DNA of 64,000 bases from NCBI GenBank assembly GCA_004431415.1, contig QPMI01000542.1, positions 248,001 to 312,000 of the forward strand, in the 5' to 3' direction. Position 1 is the stretch's first letter, and the number at the start of each line of letters is the position of its first letter. This document shows positions 34,591 through 46,143 of this stretch, piece by piece. The notes beneath the pieces are model-generated. The model had not been told where the DNA came from and ran no database searches. It saw only the letters and a program-made list of their open reading frames with translations. The position numbers and the translations under genes are program-made. The DNA is from Cyanophora paradoxa CCMP329 (Eukaryota; Plantae; Glaucophyta).

Positions 34591-37500
34591 ATGAGCAATA
34601 CGCGGGAGCAGCAGGTATGCACAGACGACGAAAGCCAGCTGCACGCGAGGCTCGCGGCGCTGCGGGCGCACTCCGAGAGCGAGGTGCAAACATTCGATTT
34701 TTGCGCGATTTCTCTCGGCCGCGCGCGCCCTGATGCGTTTTCATGACAGCCCCTGGAATACGTGAATGCCGTGCAGGATTTCGCGGCCCTCGTCGCCGTG
34801 GATTCCGAATATCGCATCGCCCATGCAAGCGCGAATTGCGCCTCTTTCTTCGGGCTTCCTGGAGACTTTGGCAGCGTCGTGGGACGCTCGCTGGACGCGA
34901 TCCTCGATCCCGAAGCGCTGCTCGAGCTTCGGGAGGCCTCCGAAACGCCGTTCAGGGATTGCCGCGTGGCCCGCCCGAAATCGAATGCCGAGGGAGACAA
35001 GGCGGCTTCTGTCATCGCGAAGGCGGTGGAAATGAGCCCCGTGGTCAAGGTGCGTAGCGGAAAGCCTTGAGTGAGCGCGCACGTGCGCGCGCCAAAAATC
35101 GAAATTTTAATATGTGGTCCAGATCGAGTACGGCGGGCGCGTGCTGAACTGTATCGTTCATGCGATGCACGAGGAGGGCCTCGTCTGCATCGAATTTCAA
35201 AACTGCACATGCAGTGAGTCGACTCATGCATGTAGAGGCCGCGGCAGCGCGTGCGCTTTAATTTAGATATGGATCTCGAACAAATGACTAAGACACGCAG
35301 TCACAAATCAGCGGGTCGCGCGGAGGGCGTCTGCCCCTCGCGTCCGTCGCGCCATTGGTCTGTCTTCGCCCTTTTTCATGCACGCTGCGGATTTTAATTG
35401 GGGCGTGCAGAGTGCCTCCGCGCTTGCCAGGATCTCCACTCCATCTGCGAAGAGGCTGTGAAGCAGGTCATTTATATTCGTACTGCTAAATTGCACACAT
35501 TTCCAAACCGACCAACATTTCAGCTGATCGACATGGTCCCTTTCCATCGATGCAACGTTTATCGGGTCCGCATCTAGCTCATTCTTTAAATATAATTTAC
35601 ATTACTTCTCAGTTCGATCGAAACGGGGAGGGAAACGTCGTCGCTGAGGTTCGCGATCGGAAGGGTTTTTAATTCGGGGGTGGCCGAGGCCAAATCGAGT
35701 ACTGCAGCTGGTGACGTGCACCGCATGCGCAGGCGATAGCGGACGACGCCCCTCCCGAAATTGAGCGCTATCTCGGTTTGTCCCATTATATATACGCTGG
35801 ACGTCTGGATCTCCACATTCATACCCGGCCTTCAGGCCTGCGCTACCCCTCGTGGGACATTCCCGGCGTTGCTCGGCGCTTCTTCCTTCGGAACCGCCAG
35901 CGGCTCATCCAGGACGCCGCCGCACGTGCGTGAACGCGACATACATTCAGCTTTGATTTGGCGCTCTGATTTCCTGCTGATGCAATTGCAATCGTTCAAT
36001 GCACAGCGCCGGTCGCCATCGAGCCGCCGCTGAACAGCCGGACCGGCCGCCCCCTCGACCTGACCTTCGCGGACTCCCGCCGCGCCTCCCCCTGCCACCA
36101 TATCCTTGCCCCCGCTTGCCCCGTTGGCGCATTTCAAAACGCAGCGCTCTCTTGACCCCGCCCCACTGCAGTACATGCTCAACATGGGCACCCGCGCGTC
36201 CCTCGTGAACGCAATTGTAGTCCACGGCCGACTCTTCGGTGCGATCGCGCGCTCGAGCTCGGCTCCAGGCTCTGCGCACTAAAGAGGCCATCTGACGCGC
36301 GCGCGCGTGCGCAGGCCTGCTGGTGCTGCACGACGCCCGGCCGGCCTTCGTCTGCTACGACGTGCGCCAGGGCACCGCCCTGTTTGCGGAGGTGCGTCGC
36401 GAAAGATCTGATCATGACCGCAAAAATCTAGAGTGCGAAAGGCGCGAAGTAAATGCGAATTTCGCAGAGCGTGAGCCAGGCCATCGAGGGCCGGCTCGAG
36501 GAGTCCAAGCGCATCGCTGAGGCTCGGGCTCGCGAATTCCATTCAAGGGTGCGGAAATGCACTCAAATGCGCTCATGGGCGTAAATTTAAAGCAAACGCG
36601 ATTTCAGGTGCTAGCCAGGGTCAGTCTGGACAGGGATATTCTGGAGGCACTGTGTGGGGGCGGGGACGATGAAGTGTCGCTTCGGGAGGCGCTGCCCTCC
36701 TGTGACGCTGCCGCTATGGTCCTTTTTCCGGAAGATTCGCGCTCTGACGGTGCGGCAGCGTCGAGTTTGGCGGCTTCTAACTGGGCTCATTGTGTATGCG
36801 CAGCAGAAAATCCGCTGCACGCGACGGAGTCGTTTCCTCCACCCGGGCCCCGCGTCCGCGTCGGCGCTCCCGATCGATCCGAAGGATCACGCCTGGAGCC
36901 TCTACTGCTTGCGGTCCGTTCACTGTACATGATCGAATTGGATCCAAAAGTGACGTGCAATTTCCCGGATAGCTCTGCAGCGATGGAATTCCTGCGAAAA
37001 AGGAGGCCGACCGAATCGCCGGTGAGGAGGCAAAGATACCGGTGCGTTTACGCTGGCAGATCTAGATACCACAACTGCAACCCCTAGGCCTGTTTCGTAA
37101 GCGCTGAGTAAGACGTGTGATTCGAGCGGCAGGGTCCGTTCGTGTGGTGCACAGAGGATGTGGCGGGAGAACTTCAGGGGCTGGCCCACGCCACGGACCA
37201 GCTGCAGGACCCACAGGTTGCGAAATCCGCGGCTCTGCCTTTTTCGCACTAAAGCGTTTACGCCGGTATTCGCGTTTTTCGCAGCGGCGAGACGACCTCG
37301 CAGCGCTTGCGGGGCGCTGGCCCGTCGAGCAGGCCGCGGGTTGCATCGCCGTCGAGTTCATCACTGACCGCGGGTGCGAATGCACGCGGTTAAATTAGCT
37401 TCCTCAGTTCTGTAGGGAAACCTAAGATGCTTGCGCTGATTCTTCGCATATTTCCAGCTACCTGGTGTTTTTGCGCAAGGCGTCGCAGCAAGAAGTGCAC

Positions 37501-40500
37501 TGGGGAGGAAAGATTCAGAGGGAAGAAAGGGGCGCACCAGATTCGGAGCAGCACCTCTCTCCGAGGTAGATACACGTCAATCACATTCGCTTCTATCTAT
37601 TTCGATCCTCCTCGCGCTCAGAAAATCATTCGCACTCTGGAAGGTGCTCGCGGTACCGGTTGGCTGTGGATTTGCAGCCGTGCATTTGCAGCCGGACTGG
37701 CATGGCGCATATACCATTTTTGAAATCGCGTTCACACAAATTAAACGCAGGAGCTTCGAACCGACAAGGCCGTTCCGTTCTTGCCGGAGGAAGTGTACAC
37801 GGCCGCTGCGCTGGGGAGGGGCCTCGCAGACGCGGTCCACCTGGCGGAGAAGCTGTACTTCCGCGGTCGCTTCCTCGTCGAGGTGGACGCAATTCATGCT
37901 TGAAATCGACTGCCTTTTGACTCCGAGTACTTATTTCTTTTTCTGCGAAGCTGAACGCAAAGCTGGAGGAGGGGAATATGCGACTCCGGGACCTGGCCAG
38001 CGACCTTCGGCATCTTATAGAAACCGTCCCCGTGCGCTCTTTCGGAAGATTTAGATCTCGATGCACTTGTATTAATGGAGATCAACAATTAAATTTGCCA
38101 TCATCAAGTGGTGTTTAATGCAATGTTCATTGCGCAGGTTCCGGTCATTGGAGTTGACATCAACCTCACTATAGACGGTGCAGATTCGACTTCTGCTTTT
38201 AAAATCGGGATTGCAGCTTGCAGCGTGTCGCTGACGGTCATCTTTTGAAAAACCTGCAGAGTGGAATCCAGCTGCCTCGGACGTGTTCGGGTCCGTCTCC
38301 TTTAAGCGATCGCATCTTTATAAATTAAGTAAACTCGCGAGCCGTTCCGCTTCTGCCCTTTGCTGACGTGCGAATGCTGCAAATTAAAAGCTTTCCGCGG
38401 GACCAAGTGATCGGGGCCCGTTTCATTGAGACGTGCTTCCCGCCTGGCCAGTGGCCTGTAGGTAACCGAACGGCCGAACGGGGGGATAGAGGGCACGGAT
38501 CGGATCCGGGGCGGCCGCGGTAGAATTTAGGCGAGGGAATTAGATCCCCAGCTAGGAGCGGGGTGTGGCGGAGGCGCTAGGCTTGCTCCCGTTCAAGAAG
38601 CGGCGGCGTCCCCCGTTCGCAGGGCGCTGAAGTGCGCCAATTTATTAACGCGCCGCTTCTAGAACGGGAGAGGAACGCCTTTATCCTGCCGGAAGCCTGG
38701 TCTTCGCGCCCATACTCTGCGTTCCTCTCTTATTTAAATTTCACAGTGCAAAAGCTGATGGCCGATGCCCTCTCTGGTAAACCGCGATCTCCGCCTCGCT
38801 GTAGCGGGGTGGGTTTAATTTGAATTCGTATATATTTGTCTTCATCTGTCCATTGGTGAAACTCTAACGCATGTGCAGGAGTCTGCCGCCGGCGACTCGC
38901 CTGCGGGACGAAGGGCGGTCTGCCACCCTGCGGCGGTGCACCGCCTCAGCACGGAGGTCGTTTCCATATTAATGCGTATCCAATATATTGCGTGACCGCG
39001 AAAGGAACTGCATTTCATCTGGCAGGTGCAAATTCGAAGGCCAGGCGAAGGTCGTGAGTCGCGCATCTGTCTCTATGCCGTGCCGGTACGATGCAAGTTA
39101 ACAATCATTTCTGGTCCTGGTTGTGTACCTTAGCTTCAGCCCACATTAAATCGTGGGTGCAGCGCTTCGAGCAAAGCCCCTCGAGCACAAATTGCGTCGC
39201 CGGAGCCGTCATCGTGTGCGAGGGTGTGCCGTGAAAGACGTGTCGGCTGTTTTGGCATTCGATCGACATTCACGCAGATGTGACTGAGCGACGGGAAACT
39301 ATCGAAGCAGAGACACGTGCCGCTCAGGTGAGTCTCCATTTAATTTGCATGCGTACAGCTCAAAGCCTATATAATTATTATTCCTGATTCCTTACGCTCA
39401 CGATCAGGCAAGCGCCTCCAGCGCTGCAAAATCAGTATTCCTTGCCACAGTTTCACACGGTGCATAACGTCCGGCTGCCAGAGCCGGAAATCTATCTTTG
39501 CATAATGCGAACTTCTTTTTCCGCATTTCAGAAGTTCGAACGGTCTGTGCCCTCTATTGTGCTCGGATTCGAATCCGAAAATGATTTTCGCGCCTCTTTC
39601 CTCGTGCACGACACCCAATGATCAGCCCCTCAATGGTCGGGGACATCAATTCAATTTTCGCAGTGCACAAGCTTGCGCCGAGCTCATTCGATCGCCGCAG
39701 GGATCCTTGGCATGCTTCAGCTCTGCATGTGCGTGTCTTCAACCTTTAAGGGGGGGGGCGCGGCGCTCGACGCGGGCCTTGCAGGGACACGCCCCTGCCG
39801 AGCGAGGCGGCAGACTTCGTTCGGAAAGCCTACTCATCCGGTGCGCCCTTCGCGAATGCACAGCGCCCCGACCACTTTAAATGCATTGGGTCTTAATCTT
39901 GATAAAAAGCACATGCGAATTCGTAATTATAATGCATGGCCTTGCAGGAGAGTACCTGCAGCTTCTCATCTCGGACATTCTGGACGTGTCGCTGATTGAA
40001 GCGCGCAAGCTCGTGTGCGCGATTCCAGAAATTTCGCATTGAAGGCCGATCACGAGACCCTTAAGCTTTTCGCAGCTTGAAGCCGGCCTCATTCGTTGTA
40101 CGGGACCTCATTCACTCCGCCGTGGCGCTCCTCGCCCCGAAGGTACCGATTCTGTAACTTAATTACACAGAGTCAGTTGCGATTCGGGTTTCGAGCAGGC
40201 CGAGGGCAAAGGGGTGGCGCTGCGGGTCCAGATCGACGACGACGTTCCGGAGGAGATGGAGGGCGACTCCGACCGCCTCCGGCAGGCGAGCCCAGAAAGC
40301 TTGTAAATAGCATATATAAATCTTAGCCAAGAAGGAACGATTAGCTTATATAATTAGAAAAGCCTCCAGAGCCTCCTTATCATGATAGTGCGCGTGGAAG
40401 CTGCAACAAATTTATATCGTTCGCTCGCATCGCGATCAGGTCTGCATCAACCTGCTGATGAACGCGATCAAGTACTCGAAGGTGCGATCCACGCACCGCA

Positions 40501-43352
40501 GCAGCCGCTGAGCGTGACGCCGGGTCGCTCTATCGATCTCAGGGGGGCACCGTCCGCCTCCGCGCCCTGCGCCTGCCCCCGGGCGCCGAGGTGCCGCCGG
40601 CCCGTCCCCCTGCATCCGTCTTCGCTTATCGTCTTTTCATCTTCGGCAGCTGCCGACGGGGCTGGAGGCGCCGCGGGTGGAGCACGCGGCCGAGAACCGC
40701 GACGAGGCCGGCGACCGCCTCTACGTCGAGGTAAATAACACTATAATTAGAGATTTTGAAATCGCGTTCCCAAAGCTTCGTGACCACCGCTGGACTTCTT
40801 CGAAGAGCTTAATCGATATCGTTGAGATATGTAATCATGCTTTTGAATCGTGATCGATATCTAACTCGGCTTGCCAAAAGACGCGATGTCGACTTATTAT
40901 TCGCGATGGACCACGACTTCCTTGAGGCGTTAAACGTTCTCGCGGCTGCAGGTGCGGGACGAGGGGATAGGCGTGCAGGAGGAGGACCTGTCCCGCCTCT
41001 TCCACCTCTTCAGGTCCCGGCGAAATTCCGAAATTCAGCGTTACAATTAAATATTACGCTCACTTCATTGCGCTCGTTTTCGACAGCCGGGTGTTGAAGA
41101 CGGGCTCGGGGCCCGCGGCGCCGAGCTCGGAGCCGAGCTCGGATGCGGGAAAGGCCTCCCCGGTGCGGCGTGAATGCTGAGCAGTTAATCGCTGAAACGT
41201 TCATTTCTGGCCGCTGCCCTGGCCTTAAGCTTCATGTTCGCCAACAGCGTCCGGCGGCGGCGCCGGCGCCCGGGGCCGACCGCCTCGTCGCCGACCCCGG
41301 GGGGACGGGCCTCGGCCTCGCCGTCTCCCGCGTGCGCCGCCCGCCCCATCAGAGGTTGCACGCGCGATTGGCTTGGCTAACTTAAGATTCGAGCTCGGTG
41401 TCATAGCGTTCGGTTAGCGTATACATTAAGATCGACAAGTTAATTGCACGGATAGTCATATAGATGATATGATCATGAAAGGTTCATATGAATAGCTGTC
41501 TCCCGCGTGCTCTCCGCCCTCCATCGTCTTGAATTGGATCGGTTGCGAATATTAATATTGATACGCGAATGCGCAGGAACTCATCATGCTCATGCGCGGC
41601 GTCATCGGCTGCACCTCGGTGCTTCGCTGCTCTAAATCTCCTGCGGCTTCTTCCATTTTCTGGCTCGCGCCAACGACCGCCCCAGGCGCCCGGGGTGGGG
41701 AGCGCTTTCTACTTCGTCGTTCCCATCGCTCCGACCTCGGCGGCGGCGTCGGCCTCCGCGGAGCACGCGCGGCCGGCCGCGTGCTCGGCGCCCGCTGTCG
41801 AGGCCGAGGCCTCGAGCTCGGCCGCGCCGCTCAGCGAGGTAACCAAGCCCTCCTCGAGCTCGCGCTGTTTCGAATCCAACCTAAGACCTAATCATAATTA
41901 TATTGGAACAGGCACCCGAGGGGCCGTCCGGGTCCGCGGCTGCCCGGAGCCCACACGTGCTCCTTGTCGAAGGTGCGCCCTCCTCACAAGCTTAAGTAAA
42001 GGATATCCTAAAACGCTATCTAAATTAAAGCGTACAAACACGGTGGGGAAATTGAATACAGTGTGCCGGTGAAATGAAACGCTGAAAAAACTCGAGCATA
42101 TCAAATTCGAAGAAATCATGACGGCGTCGGCGCCGCAGACAACCCCTTCAACCGCGAGGTGGCGCGGCTGATGCTCACCAAGAACGGCTGCGAGGTCGAG
42201 ACGGTGCGAAATGCAGCCGATCGAAATTTGGCTAAAGATTTACGGCGCTGAGCTGCGAAAATCGGCGTTCGCAGGCAGAGGACGGGCGGCAGGCAGTAGA
42301 CGCGTTCGCGGCGAGGCAGGCGGCCGGGGGCCCCCCGTACGACTGCATCCTCATGGACTGTGAGGTGCGTTTGCGTGCGGCGCCTGCGCGCTGGGCCCGC
42401 GCCCGCAAGGCCTGCGCTGAGCTGCTTGCGCTGCCCGCGCAGATGCCTGTGCTGGACGGGTGATCATAAGCGAATTTGCGAAGTAAGAGTCAACGCCGGT
42501 CTCACGATCAGAGCGGCGCAGTCTGGGGGCCACTCGGGAGATACGGCGGCTGGAAGGGCTCTCTGATGAACCGGCGCGGCCCGTCCCCATCGTGGCCCTG
42601 GTTCGATGCGGCGTTTTCGCGCTGGAACTACGTCTGCTAACTATGCGCTCCTGCTTTTTCGCGCACGTGCAGACCGCCCACGGTGCTTGCCGCGCACTAC
42701 ACCGCGAGCAGCTTTCGCAGGGACCCTGGCGGACAGAAAATAAAACTAGAGCAGACGCGATATATAGCTGCAAGAATACGGGCGGGAATAAAGAACATTT
42801 TGACGCCCTCGCAGCGATGCGGGAGCAGCGAGACGCGTGCCTGGCCGCCGGCATGACCGACTTCGTGCGCGGGTTTGAATTTTGAGTCGCCGGCTTAAGC
42901 TTGGATATATATTGACTCGAGTTTTTATCTCGCGCGCAGATGACCAAGCCGTTCTCTAAAGTGCGCGAATCGCGATTAGGTCGACGTCTCTCTCCTTTCA
43001 ATCTCCAACCAGTTTCGCTTCTTCGCATTCGCAGGCACAGCTGCTCTCGGCGGTCGGCAAGCACGCGGGGGGTGTCGCCGCCCCCCACGCTCACCCGACG
43101 CGCCCGCTCGCCCTCAGGGTTTGCCGCCAACGCCCCCAGCACTTATGTTTCGCGGCGCCGGCCCGCATCCGGTCGGAGTCTGCCAGGCTGACTCGGACTG
43201 GGATCGCTCGATCCAGCGCGGCTCGCAGCGCGGCTCGCAGAGTTCGACCACGGACTCTGCTTGCACGGCGGAGGACTAATATAATCAAAACAGACTTGAG
43301 AGATCGTTTATCTTGTAGCATAGAAAACTCGTCAAAACTTGGAAGCATGTAA
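34591..43352 (+). CDS. Phytochrome hybrid histidine kinase 2 (PAS-GAF-PHY-PAS-HisKA-HATPase-REC); 3' end approximate
   Basis: YVNAVQDFAALVAVDSEYRIAHASANC. RYLGLRYPSWDIPGVARRFF...ASPCHLQYMLNMG. HWGG...LSPRKSFALWK. CEDVTERR. AKSVFLATVSHEVRTPLNG, NLLMNAIKY, DEGIGV, GGTGLGLAVS. REC LMDCEMPVLDG, TAH, TKPF. Confidence 0.92.
36100..36166 (+). other. U12-type AT-AC intron in phytochrome 2 (same position and phase as in paralog 1)
   Basis: ATATCCTT ... CTCTTGAC CCCGCCCCAC. Removal restores CAC C|TG CAG TAC ATG. Confidence 0.9.
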
Positions 43353-43927
43353 CATAGCAGAAATCATGATCTCGCGATCGATGTGATGTAAATAGCTCTC
43401 CCCCTGTGTAACTATATCATGTAAACTTATACCTATCGCCCTCAGGGCCTTCAAGACTTAAGCTTCGCTGTGATGTACATATAACTCTCGCCCTTCGACC
43501 AGCGCTCTCGAAATGTAAGATCAAATACGTGAATCGGAGATCGTGTGCGGGGCTCGAATTAGGACCGGTATCTGGATAGATTGGTGGCCCGGCACCCGTC
43601 CGCGCTCGCGTCCGGAAACCAGCTGCAGACTCCTGATCATGAGAGCGGCGCGCTCGAAATTCGCGCCGCGCCGCGCATGCATGCTGCGAAATTCGCTTTT
43701 TTTCGGTTGGCTTTTTCCGCCGTTTTTTTGTCGCTGAATTCCGGTATCCCGAAAGTAGTTGAGGGACCGGCGCTGCGCGGCGCAGCACCTCGGGAGCGTG
43801 TGAAGCCGCACTTAGGAGCTAGAAGAGTGAGTGCATCCCGAGCGGCGGAAGAAGCTCAAGAGCTGTAGAGAGCTAAAGAGAGTCAAAGAGCTAGCAAGGC
43901 CCGCCGCAGCGTCCATCGGCAGCAGCT

Positions 43928-45708
43928 ATGGCGGCGCCGATGCCCGAGAAGGAGGTGGGGCGCCTCCGTGCTTGGGCCGCCTCCGTTCTCTCGGAGCGCA
44001 AGCTGCGCAACTTCCCCGAGGAGTTCAGCGACGGAGGCGCGCCAGCGTCCAGCTCTCGGTCGCCGCTCCAGCCGTCCTAATGCCTCTCCGCAGTCCTCGC
44101 CGCGGAGCTCGTGGCGGCGGTCTTCCCTGCCGCCGGCTCCGAGCTCCCAACGCTGAAGCCCTGCAAGGGCTTCGTGGACAAGACGAAGAACTGGCAGCAC
44201 CTGGCGCAAGCCCTCCGCCGCGCTATCAAGCTCTGGGTGCGCCTGAGCTCTAGAACTGCACCCGTGGTTGCCGAGCGCGCTACCCGCAGGTGAGCCCGCA
44301 GGACATCGAGCAGCTCTGCGGAGCGAGGAGCGGCGCCATCGAACGGTGCGGACGCAGCCTCGCCTCCGGCTGCCTGACGCGGCCGCCCGCTTCCTCCGCC
44401 TGACTCACGCGCCCGCCCGCCCGCAGCTTCTTCCAAGCGGTCCGCGAGAAGCTGGACTCGAACCGCGCTCGGGAGAAGGCGCTCGGCGGCGGCTCGCCGC
44501 GCGGTGCGCCGCGCGCCTGCGCCCGCGGCACCGCTGCGCCCCCGAGCCCCGCGCGCAGGCCCGGGGGAGGCGCCGGGCGCGGAGCAGGCGGGACGGGGCT
44601 CCGCCCCGCCCGTCCGACGTCAGCAATCCAGCGCGGCTCTTGCGCCCGCCCGCTCCGCAGGCCCCGAACCCCGCAGCTCAGGGGCCCTCGTACCCCCTTC
44701 CGGCCCCGCCCCCGTCTCCGTCCCGCGCTCCAACTCCGCAAAGCATTCCGCGGTACCCCCCTCCGCCTCCGCCCCTTCCGCCGCCCCGCACGAGCCGGCA
44801 CGCCTGTCCCCCGCTGCGCCCCCCGCCCCTCCTCCAAAGCCCGACTCCATTGCTAGGCTCGAAGCCGCCCTCGCCCGTACCCCTCCCGGCCTGCCGGGCG
44901 CCCCCTCCGTCGCCTGGCCCCCCGCCCCCACCTACTCGGCCTATACCCCCGTGCTTCCCGGCGCCCCCCCGATCGTGCGCACGTACCCCCGTCCCTCGCC
45001 GCACCTTCTTTTCTCACACTTTTACGGTCGCCCGCAGGCCCCCGCATCCGCCTGGGCCCCCCCAGGTTCCTTCCCCCCCGGCCCCCCTCCCTTCTCCGTG
45101 GCGCCCTCCTCGTACCCAGCCCCGCCGCTCTACGCCGCCCCCCCTCCCTATGCCGTCCCCCCTCCGTATGCCGCACCCCCTCCCTACGCCGCCCCTCTCC
45201 CATCGTACCTCACCCGCGCCGCTTCGATAGGGTGAGCGTAGCCCCCTCCCCGTCTGCTGGGGTACCTAGTTCGAATCCCCGCCGCGCAGCTATGAAGCGG
45301 CCTCTGTACCGTCCTACGCCGTTCCGCAGGGGGCGAAGAAATCCACGCCACCGTGCGCGCGACGTGCGGGCAATTTCTTGTACCCCCCCTAAAACAACTC
45401 CCCCGTGCAGGATCGACTCCGAGAAGGGTCGAATCTCGCGCGAGAGGGCCCAGGCCGATGACGAGGTGCGGTGTTCCCCTTCCTCTCTTCCTTTCGCGTA
45501 CCTCTCACCGGGGGGTACACGTGCAGGTTCCGCTGCTGGTGCGGGAGAAGGATGCGGCCGTGAAAGATTTGAGGGGCGCTCTGAGGGTCCGCCGCCCCCC
45601 CATCCTTTCCCCTACGCGCCCCCCCCCGGCCTGACGCCGTACCCCCCGCAGGCGCTCGAGTCGCAGGTGCAGCGGCTGCAGACCGCCGTGGACGGGTACG
45701 GTTACTGA
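43928..45708 (+). CDS. SPEF1/CLAMP-like calponin-homology (CH_2) microtubule-binding protein with Pro/Tyr-rich linker and C-terminal coiled coil
   Basis: LRAWAASVLSERKLRNFPEEFSDGVLAAELVAAVFP...KTKNWQHL...DIEQLCGARSGAIER, and C-terminal VREKDAAVKDLRGALRALESQVQRLQ. Confidence 0.72.
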
Positions 45709-46143
45709 GGGCTCGCGATCGGGACTCGGCTCGCGGTTTCCGTTCTAGTTCTAGTGTTCGAGCTGCCGTCCGAGCCCCGCAGCGCCTTGTTCAAGCGCCT
45801 AGTTCTTGTCGAAAGCAGAATTGAGAGTAGTTACTAGTAGCGTAATGCTCAGATCATTCGATCGCGATATCGTAATGCTTATTTACTAGATACGTAGAGG
45901 GGCGGAAAACACGATATGTACACGCCCTGAGCGAGAGGCGAGCAGCACCGCCGCCTGTCCGCCTGCTCTACGCAGCTGCAGCTGCGTCCGCTCTTGCCCT
46001 GCCCTACTGTCCTACTGCCAGCTGGCTAGTCCTGCTAGTCCTTCCCCGAGCGAGAGGCGAGCAGCACCGCCGCCCGCCCCCCCGCCTGCTGCACGCAGAA
46101 GCTGCAGCTGCGCTGGCCCTGCCCCCGCGGCGCTCGTAGCTGC

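Noticed and set aside
21254-43352. Bacterial contamination or bacteriophytochrome operon
   Set aside because: Dozens of spliceosomal introns, a GAF-located Cys and eukaryotic neighbouring genes.
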